NCBI GenBank assembly: GCA_965645245.1 | Contig: OZ287088.1 | Location: forward strand, 930,001-994,000 | Length of the DNA: 64,000 nt | From: Massalongia carnosa | Taxonomy: Eukaryota | Direction: 5' to 3' | Shown: positions 13,163 through 24,555 of the stretch, piece by piece | Layout of the letters: the number at the start of each line of letters is the position of its first letter | Numbering within the stretch: position 1 is the first letter of the stretch | Notes under the pieces: model-generated | The model's database searches: none | Seen by the model: only the letters and a program-made list of their open reading frames with translations | Told to the model about the DNA's origin: nothing | Program-made: the position numbers and the translations under genes

Positions 13163-13596
13163 ACGATCCCACCAGTAATGCCCCGCCGTACACGGCAAGG
13201 AGGACAGCGATCCAGATTTGCACTGTTGGCTCTCGTCAGCGGCGTCCCTCATCCCACCGCGGGGGGCTATGTATTACCATCGTTGTCGTCCACATGGATC
13301 CGATGTGGCAAAGCGTAGGGAAGGACGGGTATTATCTGCAACTCGGCTCAGTCATCAGGTCGTCCATCAGCCGCAACAACGATCCTCACCGTGCCAAACA
13401 GAAATACATCCTGTGATTTTCGTCAGCCTTGTTGAATCATGGAAAGCGTCAGGTGCGGGAAGACCCACGTTGAAGATTGCCACACACACGGTAAGCAGGA
13501 TAAAGGAGGGCGATGAGCGTAATCGCAAGAACGGCGACGGCGACGGCGATGGCGACGGCGACGCGCTTGTTGCCCTGACATCTCAGCGGTGATCAT
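13163..13596 (-). pseudogene. MFS transporter exons 1-4, inverted relative to the rest of the gene (13596-13469, 13410-13390, 13335-13278, 13222-13163)
   Basis: Spliced minus strand reads PFLRLRSSPSFILLTVCVAIFN|DVFLFGT|IIPVLPYALPHRIHVDDNDV|QIWIAVLLAVYGGALLVGS. Three GT-AG introns of 58/54/55 nt, a fourth donor GTGAGT at 13162, and a 1-nt frameshift near 13562 after MITAEMSGQQA. Confidence 0.88.
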
Positions 13597-13694
13597 GTTC
13601 AAAATGAAATTGCGAGACGGAAATTATTTCGCAGGGCGAGTCGAATGTCCTGCCGGAAGCCCTTGATGGCCAATGAACTGACATTCGATGAAAG

Positions 13695-15032
13695 TGGTGT
13701 TCGGTTGGGTTGGTGATATGTTACCACGGCGACATGCTCTGTTTCTCTTTGGGCTTTTGATACTGCTCGTAGCGACCGTGATCCTTGCATTTGGCCGCCA
13801 GATCGAGGTGTTGATCATCGGACGCCTTTTGCAAGGGTTGTCGGCCGCCGTGACGTGGACCAGTGGCCTAGCGATGCTGACCGACATCTTTGGCCAAGAG
13901 AGGTACGGTGAGGCGGTCGGATACGCTCAGACCTCAGTCAGCGTGGGCACGACTTCCGCCCCGCTGCTGGGTGGTATCGTGTATGCGTGGGGTGGATATT
14001 CGACCGTGTCGGCAATGAGCATTGGAACCATCACCATCAGCTTGGCATTAGCATTGCTCATGCTCGAACCCAAGGTGAAGGCGGGATGGGACGAATCGGC
14101 TCCTGCATTGCCGGTTGCAGGGAAAACCTACGAACCCGTTGCGCCGGGCGAGGTCAGCAAAATCAGACGAGGAATGCCGGGTCCCCCCGCGCTCGAGCCG
14201 GCTTCGAAACTTCCAGACGAACGAACCAACCTGATTCCACGCAGTCGCAAATACCGTCCAGCCTACCCCTTACTACTGCGTTCGGGGCGGGTTCTCGCGG
14301 CGATGGGGGGAATTCTCATCTATTCTTTCGTCATCATCAGTTTTGAGAGTTTGATCCCTTTGTTTGTCAAGGAGACGTTTCATAGGGACTCGACACACGC
14401 GGCCTTGATATTTCTGGCATGGATCATTCCGGGGTTCTTGGGATCTCTTGCGGGAAGGGCATCGGACAGGCTCGGGTCACGGTGGGTCGCGGTGGGAGGA
14501 TTGCTTTTCTCGGTCCCACCTCTGGCGATGATGCGATTTGTCACGGAAGACAGCACTTCGCACAAAGTGCTCTTGTGCGGTTTGCTCACCCTGGTTGGTA
14601 AGTGCTTCCTCGGGTGCTCATTCTGTGGGGCTCGGCCGACACCCATGAAACCGGTCAACTGATGAAGGCCGGCAATGCATAGGTTTAGGGCTCGTGTGGA
14701 TCATGCCCGCGTGCGTATCGGATCTTCGGGCGGCTGCAACCGACCTGAAACGCAAACGTCCTGGTGATTTCGGCGACATGGGTGCCTCGAGTCAGGCGTT
14801 TGGTCTCTTCGTGTTTGCTTATTCGTGCGGGACCATAGCCGGACCGACGGTGGTCGGGATCATAAAAGCCAAGGTGGATTGGGGCGCGGCGACGTTGATT
14901 ATGGCATTTGCATGCGCGGCGGCGTGTGTACCCATCGTAAGTGTCATCCGCTATCCACCCCAGCAATCCATTGCTCATCGAACGTGTGGAAAGGTGCTTA
15001 AAACCCCTCAACCCTCCCGTAAGCATACATGA
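13695..15032 (+). pseudogene. MFS transporter exons 5-7 (13695-14597, 14683-14936, 14994-15032), DHA1/vesicular amine transporter-like
   Basis: VFGWVGD..GRLLQGLSAA..APLLGG motifs; acceptor AACTGAC..AAAG at 13694; introns 14598-14682 and 14937-14993 (GTAAGT..AG). The N-terminus is not on this strand. Confidence 0.88.
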
Positions 15033-15972
15033 ATCTCGAAGACGACACAATTACAAGGAGCATTTCATCCAGATGTTGCGCGGTAAAAGGAAAAGCGTAT
15101 ATGAGCGCTCGTTTCTACTTGGTTCACGAGAAAATGTACAAATGTAACATTATCATGATAGGAGAATTGACCGCGATAAAAGTTCTGACATCGCAAACAA
15201 TCAACAATCTTTCAGTTATAACGAGAAGAGACGCAATAGAAAAAGAAAAACGATTGCTGAACCGGTCCTGACCGGCATAGTTTTATGTATGTACAGATCG
15301 TCAGAAAAAAATTTTGATTACTCGCGAGAAGCTAATTTGAACGACGTTAATTTCATTTATTTGCGATTATAAGTTTTTTCAAATTGAAGATTAAAGGTTT
15401 ACATATATTCAATCAACAATTATTGACAAAAATATAAGAATCTATTCATGACATCTCTCGTTTGACTTTATAATAATGATTATATATTTATATTTCGATA
15501 TGTCATCGATCGTAGGTCGACTAATGAGACTAAAGCTATCTCAGTTATATTGCATGAATACGCAGCGCAACGCGTTGGATTTTCGTCACAAAATTGTTTT
15601 CTCGTTATCAGATTTTTCTTTCAAAACTCAATTATATCCGTTTGCAAAATAATATTGCGAACTTTGAATACCGAAACTGCGCGATAATAAAACAAGCGAC
15701 AGAACTGAATCACAGATCAGAATTTGATGCAGTAGTTAACAATTCTTCTTCTCTTCGCATCGTCTTTTGCAGTCTGTAGAATAAATGATATGTGATATTT
15801 TCATGTAGATATTTTTTCTTGCTTTCTCGTAAGTTTAAAAGCCATAAAACTATTATTTAACATTATCAAACGTCAGATTATAAGTTTCAAATTAAATTCA
15901 AATAAAAATAATAACAAGATTATAATTGCTGTTAATGTCAGCTTTAGACAATTACGTAAGATAAGACGTAAT

Positions 15973-16349
15973 TGTAAGACGTATGCTTCTACTCAGAGGG
16001 CGTGTTGGTCACGTGAAGGGGGTGTCTCAATAATGTATGTTATTGATCGATGCCCTTAGAATAAGGTGGGCATCGACCTCTTTATCCTACAGACGTGTCT
16101 CCCCCTAAGACTCCCTTATCGGATAGCCCCCAGCTATCTGATTAGTCTAAATGGCTCCCGGCCCCTTTGGGCGGTTAGTGCCATCCGACATGGGTTTCCA
16201 GCCGTCCCCCTCGCCAGCAGTCCCCCTGAGACGGCATGTGGCCGGCAGCGGAATCAGCCCATTAGGGTCGGGCCGGGTTCGGCGGCCGAGTCCATGCTGA
16301 TGCCCCTTTTCCGTATCCTTCTCCGTAGTCTCTATGGCAGGTCCTGACA
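15973..16349. mobile_element. Solo LTR (377 bp) with 5-bp TSD GTAAT
   Basis: GTAAT|TGTAAGAC...GTCCTGACA|GTAAT; a GC-richer island in AT-rich degenerate DNA. Confidence 0.9.
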
Positions 16350-16584
16350 GTAATTAAAAATAGTTTAATAAGATTGCAAAACTTCAGCTTGCTGCTAATC
16401 GGCGCAAGTAACTGAATCAACAACAAATCCATAAATTATTCGTGTATCTGAATCAGAGACATATCTCTTATTTAGGCGAAATGTGCAGATTTTTCTATGA
16501 TGAATTCGACGTCTTGATAAGCGAGTCTCCGGTTCCTCGAACTCTGAAGCAGATTGCAACTTCTACCAGCATTGCCTAGCCCAT

Positions 16585-19500
16585 AGTTACCGATATTGAG
16601 TCGCCAACTCGCCGCCGAGGCGGAACACGTTGTGATCGGCGATTTCAATCTACACCACCCGCTCTGGAACGGCCCTACGAGGCCCACTCAACACACCGCA
16701 GCCGACCATCTGCTAGATCTAGTAGAGAATCACGACCTATCGTTAACACTGCCCAAAGGCTCAGTGACGTGGGAAGCTCGAGGGTCGTTCAGCACCATAG
16801 ATCTAGTATTCATGTCGGAATACTTAGCAGAAAGAATAGAGCATTGCAAGACGAGACCCGACTTAAATCAATCGTCAGATCACATCCCGATATCTACCCG
16901 CATCCTACTAGGCTATGAGATACCTAAGTCCATCAAACGCCGAGCCTGGAAGCTTCTGAACATGGAAAAGCTAAGAGAGGCTGAGCAAACCGCCCCCCCT
17001 ACGAGTCACCCACGCTCGCGCGAGGAGATTGACGAATACACTCACACCATACAGAAGTTTCTTCAGCGGGTGATCGCCGCTTCCGTTCCGTGGGCGAAAG
17101 CAAGCGCACACGCCAAACCCTTTTAGAATCCCGAATGCAACGACGCCACAAAGCAATCCCGCAGACTGCGCAGAATATGGAGCGCCACACATCTCAGGGA
17201 AGATTGGATAGCGTACATGAAGGCGAACGACAAAAAACAAAAGATAATTCAAAAAGCGAAAACGCTCTCGTTTCGTAAAAAGATAAGCCGCGCCACCGAA
17301 TCGCCCCAGGGAATCTGGAAACTCGCCAAATGGGCCAAAAACAAGAGCAATGCAGGCCGCGAAGTACCGAAAATGCCATCGCTCGAATTCAACGATCAAA
17401 AAGCGTTCACATTCGAAGAGAAATCCGAAATGCTTAAGAGCACTTTCTTTCCAGCACCGCCCCCGGCGGATCTACGCGACATACCCGGAGCGTTCTATCC
17501 CGCCGAAATCGAATGCCAGAGAGAATAACGAGAGAAGAGGTTCTTACGAACATCCAACGACTCAGTGCGGACAAGGCGTCCGGACCGGACGGCATTTCCA
17601 ACAGAATCCTAAAAGCATGCGCCGAGAAGCTAACGGACCTACTCACCCCACTGTATCAGGCCTGCGTAACGCTCGCGTACCATCCTCGAGCCTTCAAAAT
17701 CGCAAACACAATCACGCTGAAAAAACCGGGCAAAGACGATTACACGACCCCGAAAGCCTATCGACCGATAGCGCTATTGAACACAATAGGCAAGGTACTA
17801 GAAGCAGTGATCGCAAGAAGAATCACCCACATGGCCGAGAGCAACAACCTGCTACCCGACATGCAGATGGGGGCTCGTAGAGGAAGATCCACCGAATCGG
17901 CACTGGAACTTCTCACGGAACAGGTGCACACGGTCTGGGGCCAGGGCAACGATAAGGTGGCAACACTGCTCAGCATGGACGTAGCAGGAGCGTTCGATAC
18001 CGTATCTCACCAAAGATTGATACACAATCTGCGAAAGAGAAAGATTCCCAAATGGATTACCGATTGGACCGAGAGCTTCTTGAGCGAAAGAAGGACAACG
18101 CTTACGATCCAACGACGCACCACCGACGTATTCGATGTGAGAACAGGGATCCCCTAGGGCTCTCCCATTTCCCCGATTCTATATTTATTCTACAACGCAG
18201 ACCTGCTGGAAATATGTCAAAGACCAGGCACGAATACAAGCTCACTGGGCTTCGTAGACGACGTCAACGTTCTGGCATACGGCAAAAGCACCGAGGAAAA
18301 CTGCAGAACGCTAGAAAGAATTCACAAGGAATGCGAGAGATGGTCCTTACGCCACGGCTCCGTGTTTGCCCCGAGCAAATACGAGCTTATTCATCTGTCC
18401 AGAAATCTGAAAAAATTCGACATGACGGCCACCATCAGGATAAGCACAAAAACGATCGAACCCAAACCGGATATCAGGGTGCTGGGTCTACAAATCGACA
18501 CCAAACTGAGATGGGGAGCCCATGTAAGGAAAACTCAAGAAAAAATGACGAAACAATCGGGTGCACTGACCAGGATCTCCGCGTCCACCTGGGGAGCCTC
18601 GTTCTCGAAGGCCAGACAGGTTTATATTGCGGTCGTTCGTCCGGCAATGACCTACGCATCCGCCGTATGGCACACACCGAAAGAAATAGGGAAAAGCAAA
18701 GCCGCGACGAGCAAGCTGGCGGTCATGCAAAACAAGTGCTTGCGAACAATAACGGGTGCATTTCGGGCCACCCCGATTCCATTATTGGAAACCGAAACGC
18801 ACGTGACGTCTATAGAATCGCATTTGGAAGAATTACAAGTCAAAGCGAGATATCGCCAACGAACCGCCGGGCAAACGAGACTCATCTCGTCTTTCTGCAA
18901 GGAGATAGAACGCAAGTTGCGCGGAAAAGCGGGCAAGAAAAGATCGCCGAAACCGACCCCAGGAATGCTCAAGCACGAATGGGCCAAAAACACAGTGATC
19001 AGCGCCATACCCACCGCAGACCCAACGCCGCACCCACCCTGGATCACGCCTACGGAGCAACACATGCTCACAGCCAATGCAGTAAGGATGAGTCGCAGCG
19101 CTCACACGAAAGCCACAAAAGCGCATTACAAAACGAAATGGCAGACAACCTGGAAAGCATATCAAGATCGCGTACCCTTTCCCACCGAAGCACAGCGTGC
19201 TTCCTTAACCAAAGGAAGAATCAAAATACACGACAATCTGGCAAAAGCGGAAAGCGCGTTAGCTACCCAAATTCGCACGGAAAAAATAGGTCTGGCAAGT
19301 TTTCTATTTAAACGACGAGTTCCCAACGTGACGACGGCGGCCTGCAGCTGTGGTTGGCCCCAGCAAACGGCCAAACACGTAATCATGCACTGCCCATTAA
19401 TGACGGGAAGACAAGAGCTGTTTCGGCGTATAAATACCAACGAGTATCGTACGATACTCGAAACATCCAAAACATTGAAACAGGTAACGAGATGGATTAT

Positions 19501-19759
19501 CGAAGTTGGCGTTTTGGCGCAATTTTCCTTATCGGCAAGCTTGCTATACAAGCAATAATTTTCTTTTCATTCAAGGGACTCATCGAAAAAGCACACGAGC
19601 AGCACAGCTGGAGGTCGTTGGGACCTCGTACGCGCAGCGTTGGCAATGGGTTTTTATTCCTCTTGAAGGTTTTCCTGTAGCATAGTAGTCCATCCCGCAT
19701 GGGCCGGCCTTCGGCCGGTGACATATCGGCGTAAGAATATATCTATCTATCTATCTATC
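16585..19759 (+). mobile_element. 5'-truncated Tad1-like LINE, ORF2 (endonuclease-RT-Cys motif) with stops at 17124 and 18155 and a frameshift at ~17520; (ATCT)n tail
   Basis: APE motifs VIGDFNLHHPLW and SDH; RT motifs KASGPDGI, YRPIALLNTIGKVLE, SMDVAGAFD, GFVDD; CSCGWPQQTAKHVIMHC; tail at 19739-19759. Confidence 0.92.
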
Positions 19760-22700
19760 AGTGAACCAGCGATCTTGGAAAAGCCTCTTATGAAACGTCG
19801 ATAAAACTTACAGAATCCTATGAAAGATCGCACTTCACGAAGACAGGTGGGGACTTCCCAACTGACTATGGCCTGAACCTTGGCTGGATCCATTTTTATT
19901 CCTTCCGTGGTGATGATTAACCCCGAAGTACTTGACTTCAATAACATGAAATTCGCACTTGTCTACATCCACTTGAAGACCAGCTTCCTGAAGTTTGGCC
20001 AACACTTTTCGGACATGTTCTCGATGTTCTGTAATATTCTTGCTGTAGATCAAGATGTCGTCCAAGTAGGCTGAGCAGACTTTATCCAGGTACTCGAACA
20101 GAATGTCATTGATGAAATGCTGCCAGGAAGAAAGTCCGCCGGTCAGTTCGAATGGTAACTCCTTGTATTTGTACGCTCCAAAGCGGCAATTGAAGGTGGT
20201 AAGGTCCTCTGATTCCCTGGCCATTCTCAGCTTGTGAAAGGCCTGTCGAATTTCCAGTTTGGAAAACACTTTGGCTTCCTTCAACTGGGCTAGCGTTTCA
20301 TCAATCAAGGGCAATGGATATCTATCTTTCTTACTTAGTTGATTCAATTTTCTGTAATCAACACAGAAACGGAGTCCTCCACCTGGTTTCTTGGCTAATA
20401 GGATAGGAGAAGAACATGCGGCATGACTGGCCTCTATGAACCCCTTTCTTAGATTGTCGTCTAGATATTTCTTCACGAACTCCAATTCCATGCGGGACAT
20501 ACTCCTCAAAGAGCTGTGTCCATGATCTTGGTCTCCGGTCAACAGGACCCTGTGCTCGTATGGACGATGAGGTGCTAGCTCATCTGATTCAGCTTTGGAG
20601 AAAACCTTCAGAATGTCATGATATTCTTCAGGAACTTTGATCTTCGGGTCGGTAGGAGTCGAACTTTCCTTGTTTAGTTGATAGTCAATGTCCCTCAGAG
20701 AAATTGCGAATAGTTGAACGTCTTTCTCCTTGGTCAGTGATTTGTAGGCCGCAGCCCCTATGAGGGCGCAGTCTATCGGCTTATCTTCGGCAGATGACTT
20801 TTGTGATATTCTTTCTGATAGTCCTTTTCCGATTTCCTTAAAAGGGACCGACAATGGGGCGGATCGTTCCGTACAGGTCTCTTCCGGTCGGACCAGGATT
20901 TGTCGGACCGTTCGGGTCTGTTCTGGTTTGTTCGAAGCCGACGTTGTCTGCCTCATCATTTTCATTGGTGTTGGCAGTCCAGGGGCGCCAGGATGGGTGC
21001 AATGCCCAGGCCAGAACATGATCTTGTCGTCCTTCATGTCCAGGAGGAGTCCGTGCTTCCTCATCCAAGGTTTTCCTAGAATCATTCCGTGCTGTCCTAG
21101 TTTGGTGATCAGCAATGGTAATAAGTTCTCACGATGATCCTGCATCGTCATGGTAGGATAAATGGCATGGGTTATATTAGGGGCCCGTCGTCTATCAAAC
21201 CCTCGCACCGGTTTGGGTTTCGTCAGTTTCTGGGGTTCGATTTGAAGTTGTTCACAAATAGTGCGCACCATTGATTCGTCGATAAAAGCATGTCCCGTAG
21301 CACCGGTGTCTAAAAGAGCATCAAGCTTTATCTCATTCTTATTACCTAACGTACATGCATGAACAAAAGGTTCATCAGTGAACAAATCACCAGGTAAATA
21401 GGAAGAGAAGATCAATAGAGGTTCCTCCTCATCCGCGCCTTCAGATGAGGTTATTCTTTTCCCGTCTCGCCGCTCATTTCGTGGATAGTGGCTTTGGAAG
21501 TCTTGCTACAGTCTTTTGCCAAATGTCCCTTTTCTTTGCAGTAAAAACATCTACCTTCCTTCGTTAATTGTTCTCGTTCCACCTCAGTCAAACGTCCCGA
21601 TGTGACAGCAGGTTCAATAGGGACGGAGTGAGAAGGTAAGGTTGAAGGTTTGGATGCAGGAGTGTCCACTCTAGGCTTGAAGGGTGTTGATGTTTTGATG
21701 ACGTTTTTCCTTCCTTCGTTCATTCGATCATAGCTCGCTTTTAAACTCTCGACATCTTTCAAAGCTTGAAAAATTCGCTAACAACGATGAGCATACTCAT
21801 AAATGTCCGTGGGTTCCTGATTTCCGATGGCCAATTGCTTTTTCATGTCCAAGGAGAGCTTGTGAGTGAGTTCATCAATAAGGAGGGGCTATAATCTAAC
21901 TCCGAAGATAATCGTTGAAAGTCGGACCAGAAAGAATTGAAGTCCTTACTTCCCATGCGCAAGGCCCTAAATGCCTTCATAGCAGTGTGTTTTCGATTGG
22001 GGTCCCCATAAATTCGTTCCAATAATTCCAACATTTCCTCAGCGGTCTCGAAAGGTTTGGCGGCCCCTTTCCTCAATCTGGCTTCCATGTGTCGCATGGC
22101 ATCACCATTCACTCGGTTCTCTACATAGGCTTTTCGCAATATCTCGGTTGGCATATGGTCCTCATTGGCCAACAACTTGCTTCGCATTTTGGCTAGCCAA
22201 TGATCGATGTTCGGTTCCTTTCTGTCGGAAAATACCGGTGGGTCAGGAAGCTTCAAGGAACGTTTTTCCTTCTGACTGATGTGGAAAAAGAGGTAGTAGC
22301 AACATCCGGTCGTCGCTCTTCGATCAATGTCAACCTAAGCTTTTCGACTTCCTTTTGTAAGTAATTCACTACTCCTTCTTGTTGTTCGGTCAGGAAGAGG
22401 AGTCGGCTCGTGGTGTTCTTTCCTTTGGCCGCTTCAGCTTGGGCCTCTTCATAACTTTCCTTGATGGCTAGGATCATCTGTAACACTGCCTGCTCATCCT
22501 GGAGCATCCATGTCCTCGGATGTTCTATGGTCTGGATCATGGAAGGGTCTTCTGCTTCCAGTTGAGTTTCTTCTTCTAGCAGGGCCGGATAATGAACGGA
22601 GTCCTGTTCTGGTTCTTTTTCATGACGATTCGCCATGGTCTCTAATTCTGGTTCTGTATCTAAATAGGGTTCTGGGTGCCACGCTGTAGGGGTGGGGCCT

Positions 22701-22960
22701 TCTGGTTCTGGGTCTATGGGGTAATTCTGGTTCTGGATGCCACGCTGTAGGGGTGGGGGCCTTCTGGTTCTGGATCTATGGGGTAATTCTGGTTCTGGAT
22801 GCCACGCTGTAGGGGTGGAGGCCTTCTGGTTCTGGATCTATGGGGTGGGTTATTTTGTATCCTCCATGATGGATAACAGTTTGGTCAAACAGTCTTTCTG
22901 CCCTTTGTCCCTTTCATCCATTTGTGTTTGCTTAGAAGGTCGTTCCAATGCGTCCCTTTC
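19760..22960 (-). mobile_element. Ty3/Gypsy fragment: gag (22636-21451, frameshifted), protease-RT (21415-19760); no LTR, RNase H or integrase retained
   Basis: KLPDPPVF; CFYCKEKGHLAKDC; LLDTGA; GGLRFCVDYRKLN; YLDDILIYS. Cut off at the LINE tail. Confidence 0.9.
22668..22846. repeat. Three ~61-bp tandem repeats upstream of Gypsy gag
   Basis: GGTTCTGGRTGCCACGCTGTAGGGGTGG(G)GGCCTTCTGGTTCTGGRTCTATGGGGT x3. Confidence 0.9.
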
Positions 22961-23023
22961 AGTCCTTTCAGACCTCCGTTGATTGCCCCTATGATTGCTA
23001 AAAGGGTTGAGTAACGGAAGCGG

Positions 23024-23940
23024 TTAGTGCGCCGGCAGATGCCGTACTTTCCTTTGATTGGCCTTGGGTGGATGTGGTTGAACCGTGACAGCAACGAAAT
23101 AACGTTTCTGAAACCCATCGACGGGTTGAGTGACACCATGTCGGCACGAGTGAAGCTTTCCCCCCGACAGCGCCTGCAAAGAATTGGCCACGTTTATCAG
23201 GGCACACCCGGGCTTCGGCTCAATAAATGCCCACGCCTTGGTTTCGGGATCCTCCAACATATTGCCCTAAGGGTCGCAGAAGAGGAGCGTCAAGGTGCCG
23301 CCGTCGGTGTGCGATGTGTCTGCCCAGTCGGCGCGCTTTGCTTTTCCTCGGCTCGGAGACGAGCTTGAAGCTAGCGTCGCCAGGCTTGTCGTCACGATGG
23401 CTATTCTCGAAGCGGCTGGCATCGTCGAGCTTGAGAGCGTCCGACAGGCAAGACAGCATCGTACAGGTGACGGAGTGGCAGAGCATTGAGAACCACTCGA
23501 GCAGCCGTGCGTGATCGTCCAAGATTGGAGGGATGGCAAGCGTTTTTTGAATCATTTCGTCGCGCGAAATCTGAGACGGCACATGTGAGCGAAAATCCAA
23601 TGGGAAAAACGATCGGAGGAAGACCGACCTCAAAAGACCCCGCGTGCGGACTTGGCTTGTAGCTTGGTGATTATATATCTCAGCATTTACCTACGCACGC
23701 CACGAGCTCGTGGAGTTGTGCACCCACCCACGCTCCTGCTCGGCCCTCTAATCCTTCATCTTCACCTCGTGCGGCTCATCGAAGTATTTCTCCGAAACTG
23801 CATAAAACTCGGGCAGGTCTGCCAGGAGCTGTTTTGCAGGCTCGTTCTAAAGGTCGAGATAGAAAAATCCCGGCATCTGGGAGTCCAAGCGTCCAAGATC
23901 GATTGTCTCCAGGGGCACAACATCGACTTGATATCCGCAT
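23024..23940 (-). pseudogene. Fe(II)/2-oxoglutarate oxygenase (IPNS-like family), with stops and frameshifts
   Basis: VVPLETIDLGRL..GFFYLDL*; SHTDGGTLTLLF (HxD); INVANSLQALSGGKLHSCRHGV..QKRYF (distal His and Arg). Confidence 0.85.
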
Positions 23941-24555
23941 GTTTTGTGGCAGGCTTACAAACGAAGCAACGGCAAAGATGAGGTGGGAGTAGTAGTGCAC
24001 GATGTATTTAGATTTCTAGTCCCTTTTCACGAGGTGCTCGCTCCTTAAAAATATCAAAATGTCTGTTAGCCCTTGACAACCGGTAATGTTCGAATGTTAC
24101 CGCGTAATATTTATTGTTTGCCGTTACCAAGTACAGCAGTATACAATTACGGTGATTCACGAAATATAAGAAACATGCCGTCCGAAAAGCCTCGTTCGCT
24201 TTCTCAATCTAGCAATTGATGACGATGGCGTGTGGATCTTATCTCCAACTCAATGACAAACTCAATGCTGGAGTCGTGCAACCGAGTTTCTCCATCAGTC
24301 GACACAAGACGATTAACACGCCAAAAGAGTGTTGAAGTGAGTTGTTGATCACTATAGTGCATGTACGAATATTTAGAAGGAATAGTTTTGTGCTTTTGAG
24401 CACCCACATCGGCTAAACTACCCTAGGCCCATTCCGGCCAAGCAGTCACCAACTGCCTGACACTTGTCCGTTAGGCTAATGTTTAGCGTAACATCAACAC
24501 TCCCACTCAGGCATGGTGTCTGCCTTGGTTGTTGCTATTCAGAAATTGCCCTGCC

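Noticed and set aside
13532..13563. GDGDGD microsatellite ORF on the plus strand
   Set aside because: It is the antisense of the SPSPSP tract in MFS exon 1.
13688..13694. ATG at 13688 as the MFS start
   Set aside because: It lies between a branch point and the AG acceptor; the true N-terminus is on the minus strand at 13163-13596.
18052..19311. 419-aa ORF overlapping LINE ORF2
   Set aside because: Off-frame shadow of an A-rich, T-poor LINE strand; no motifs.
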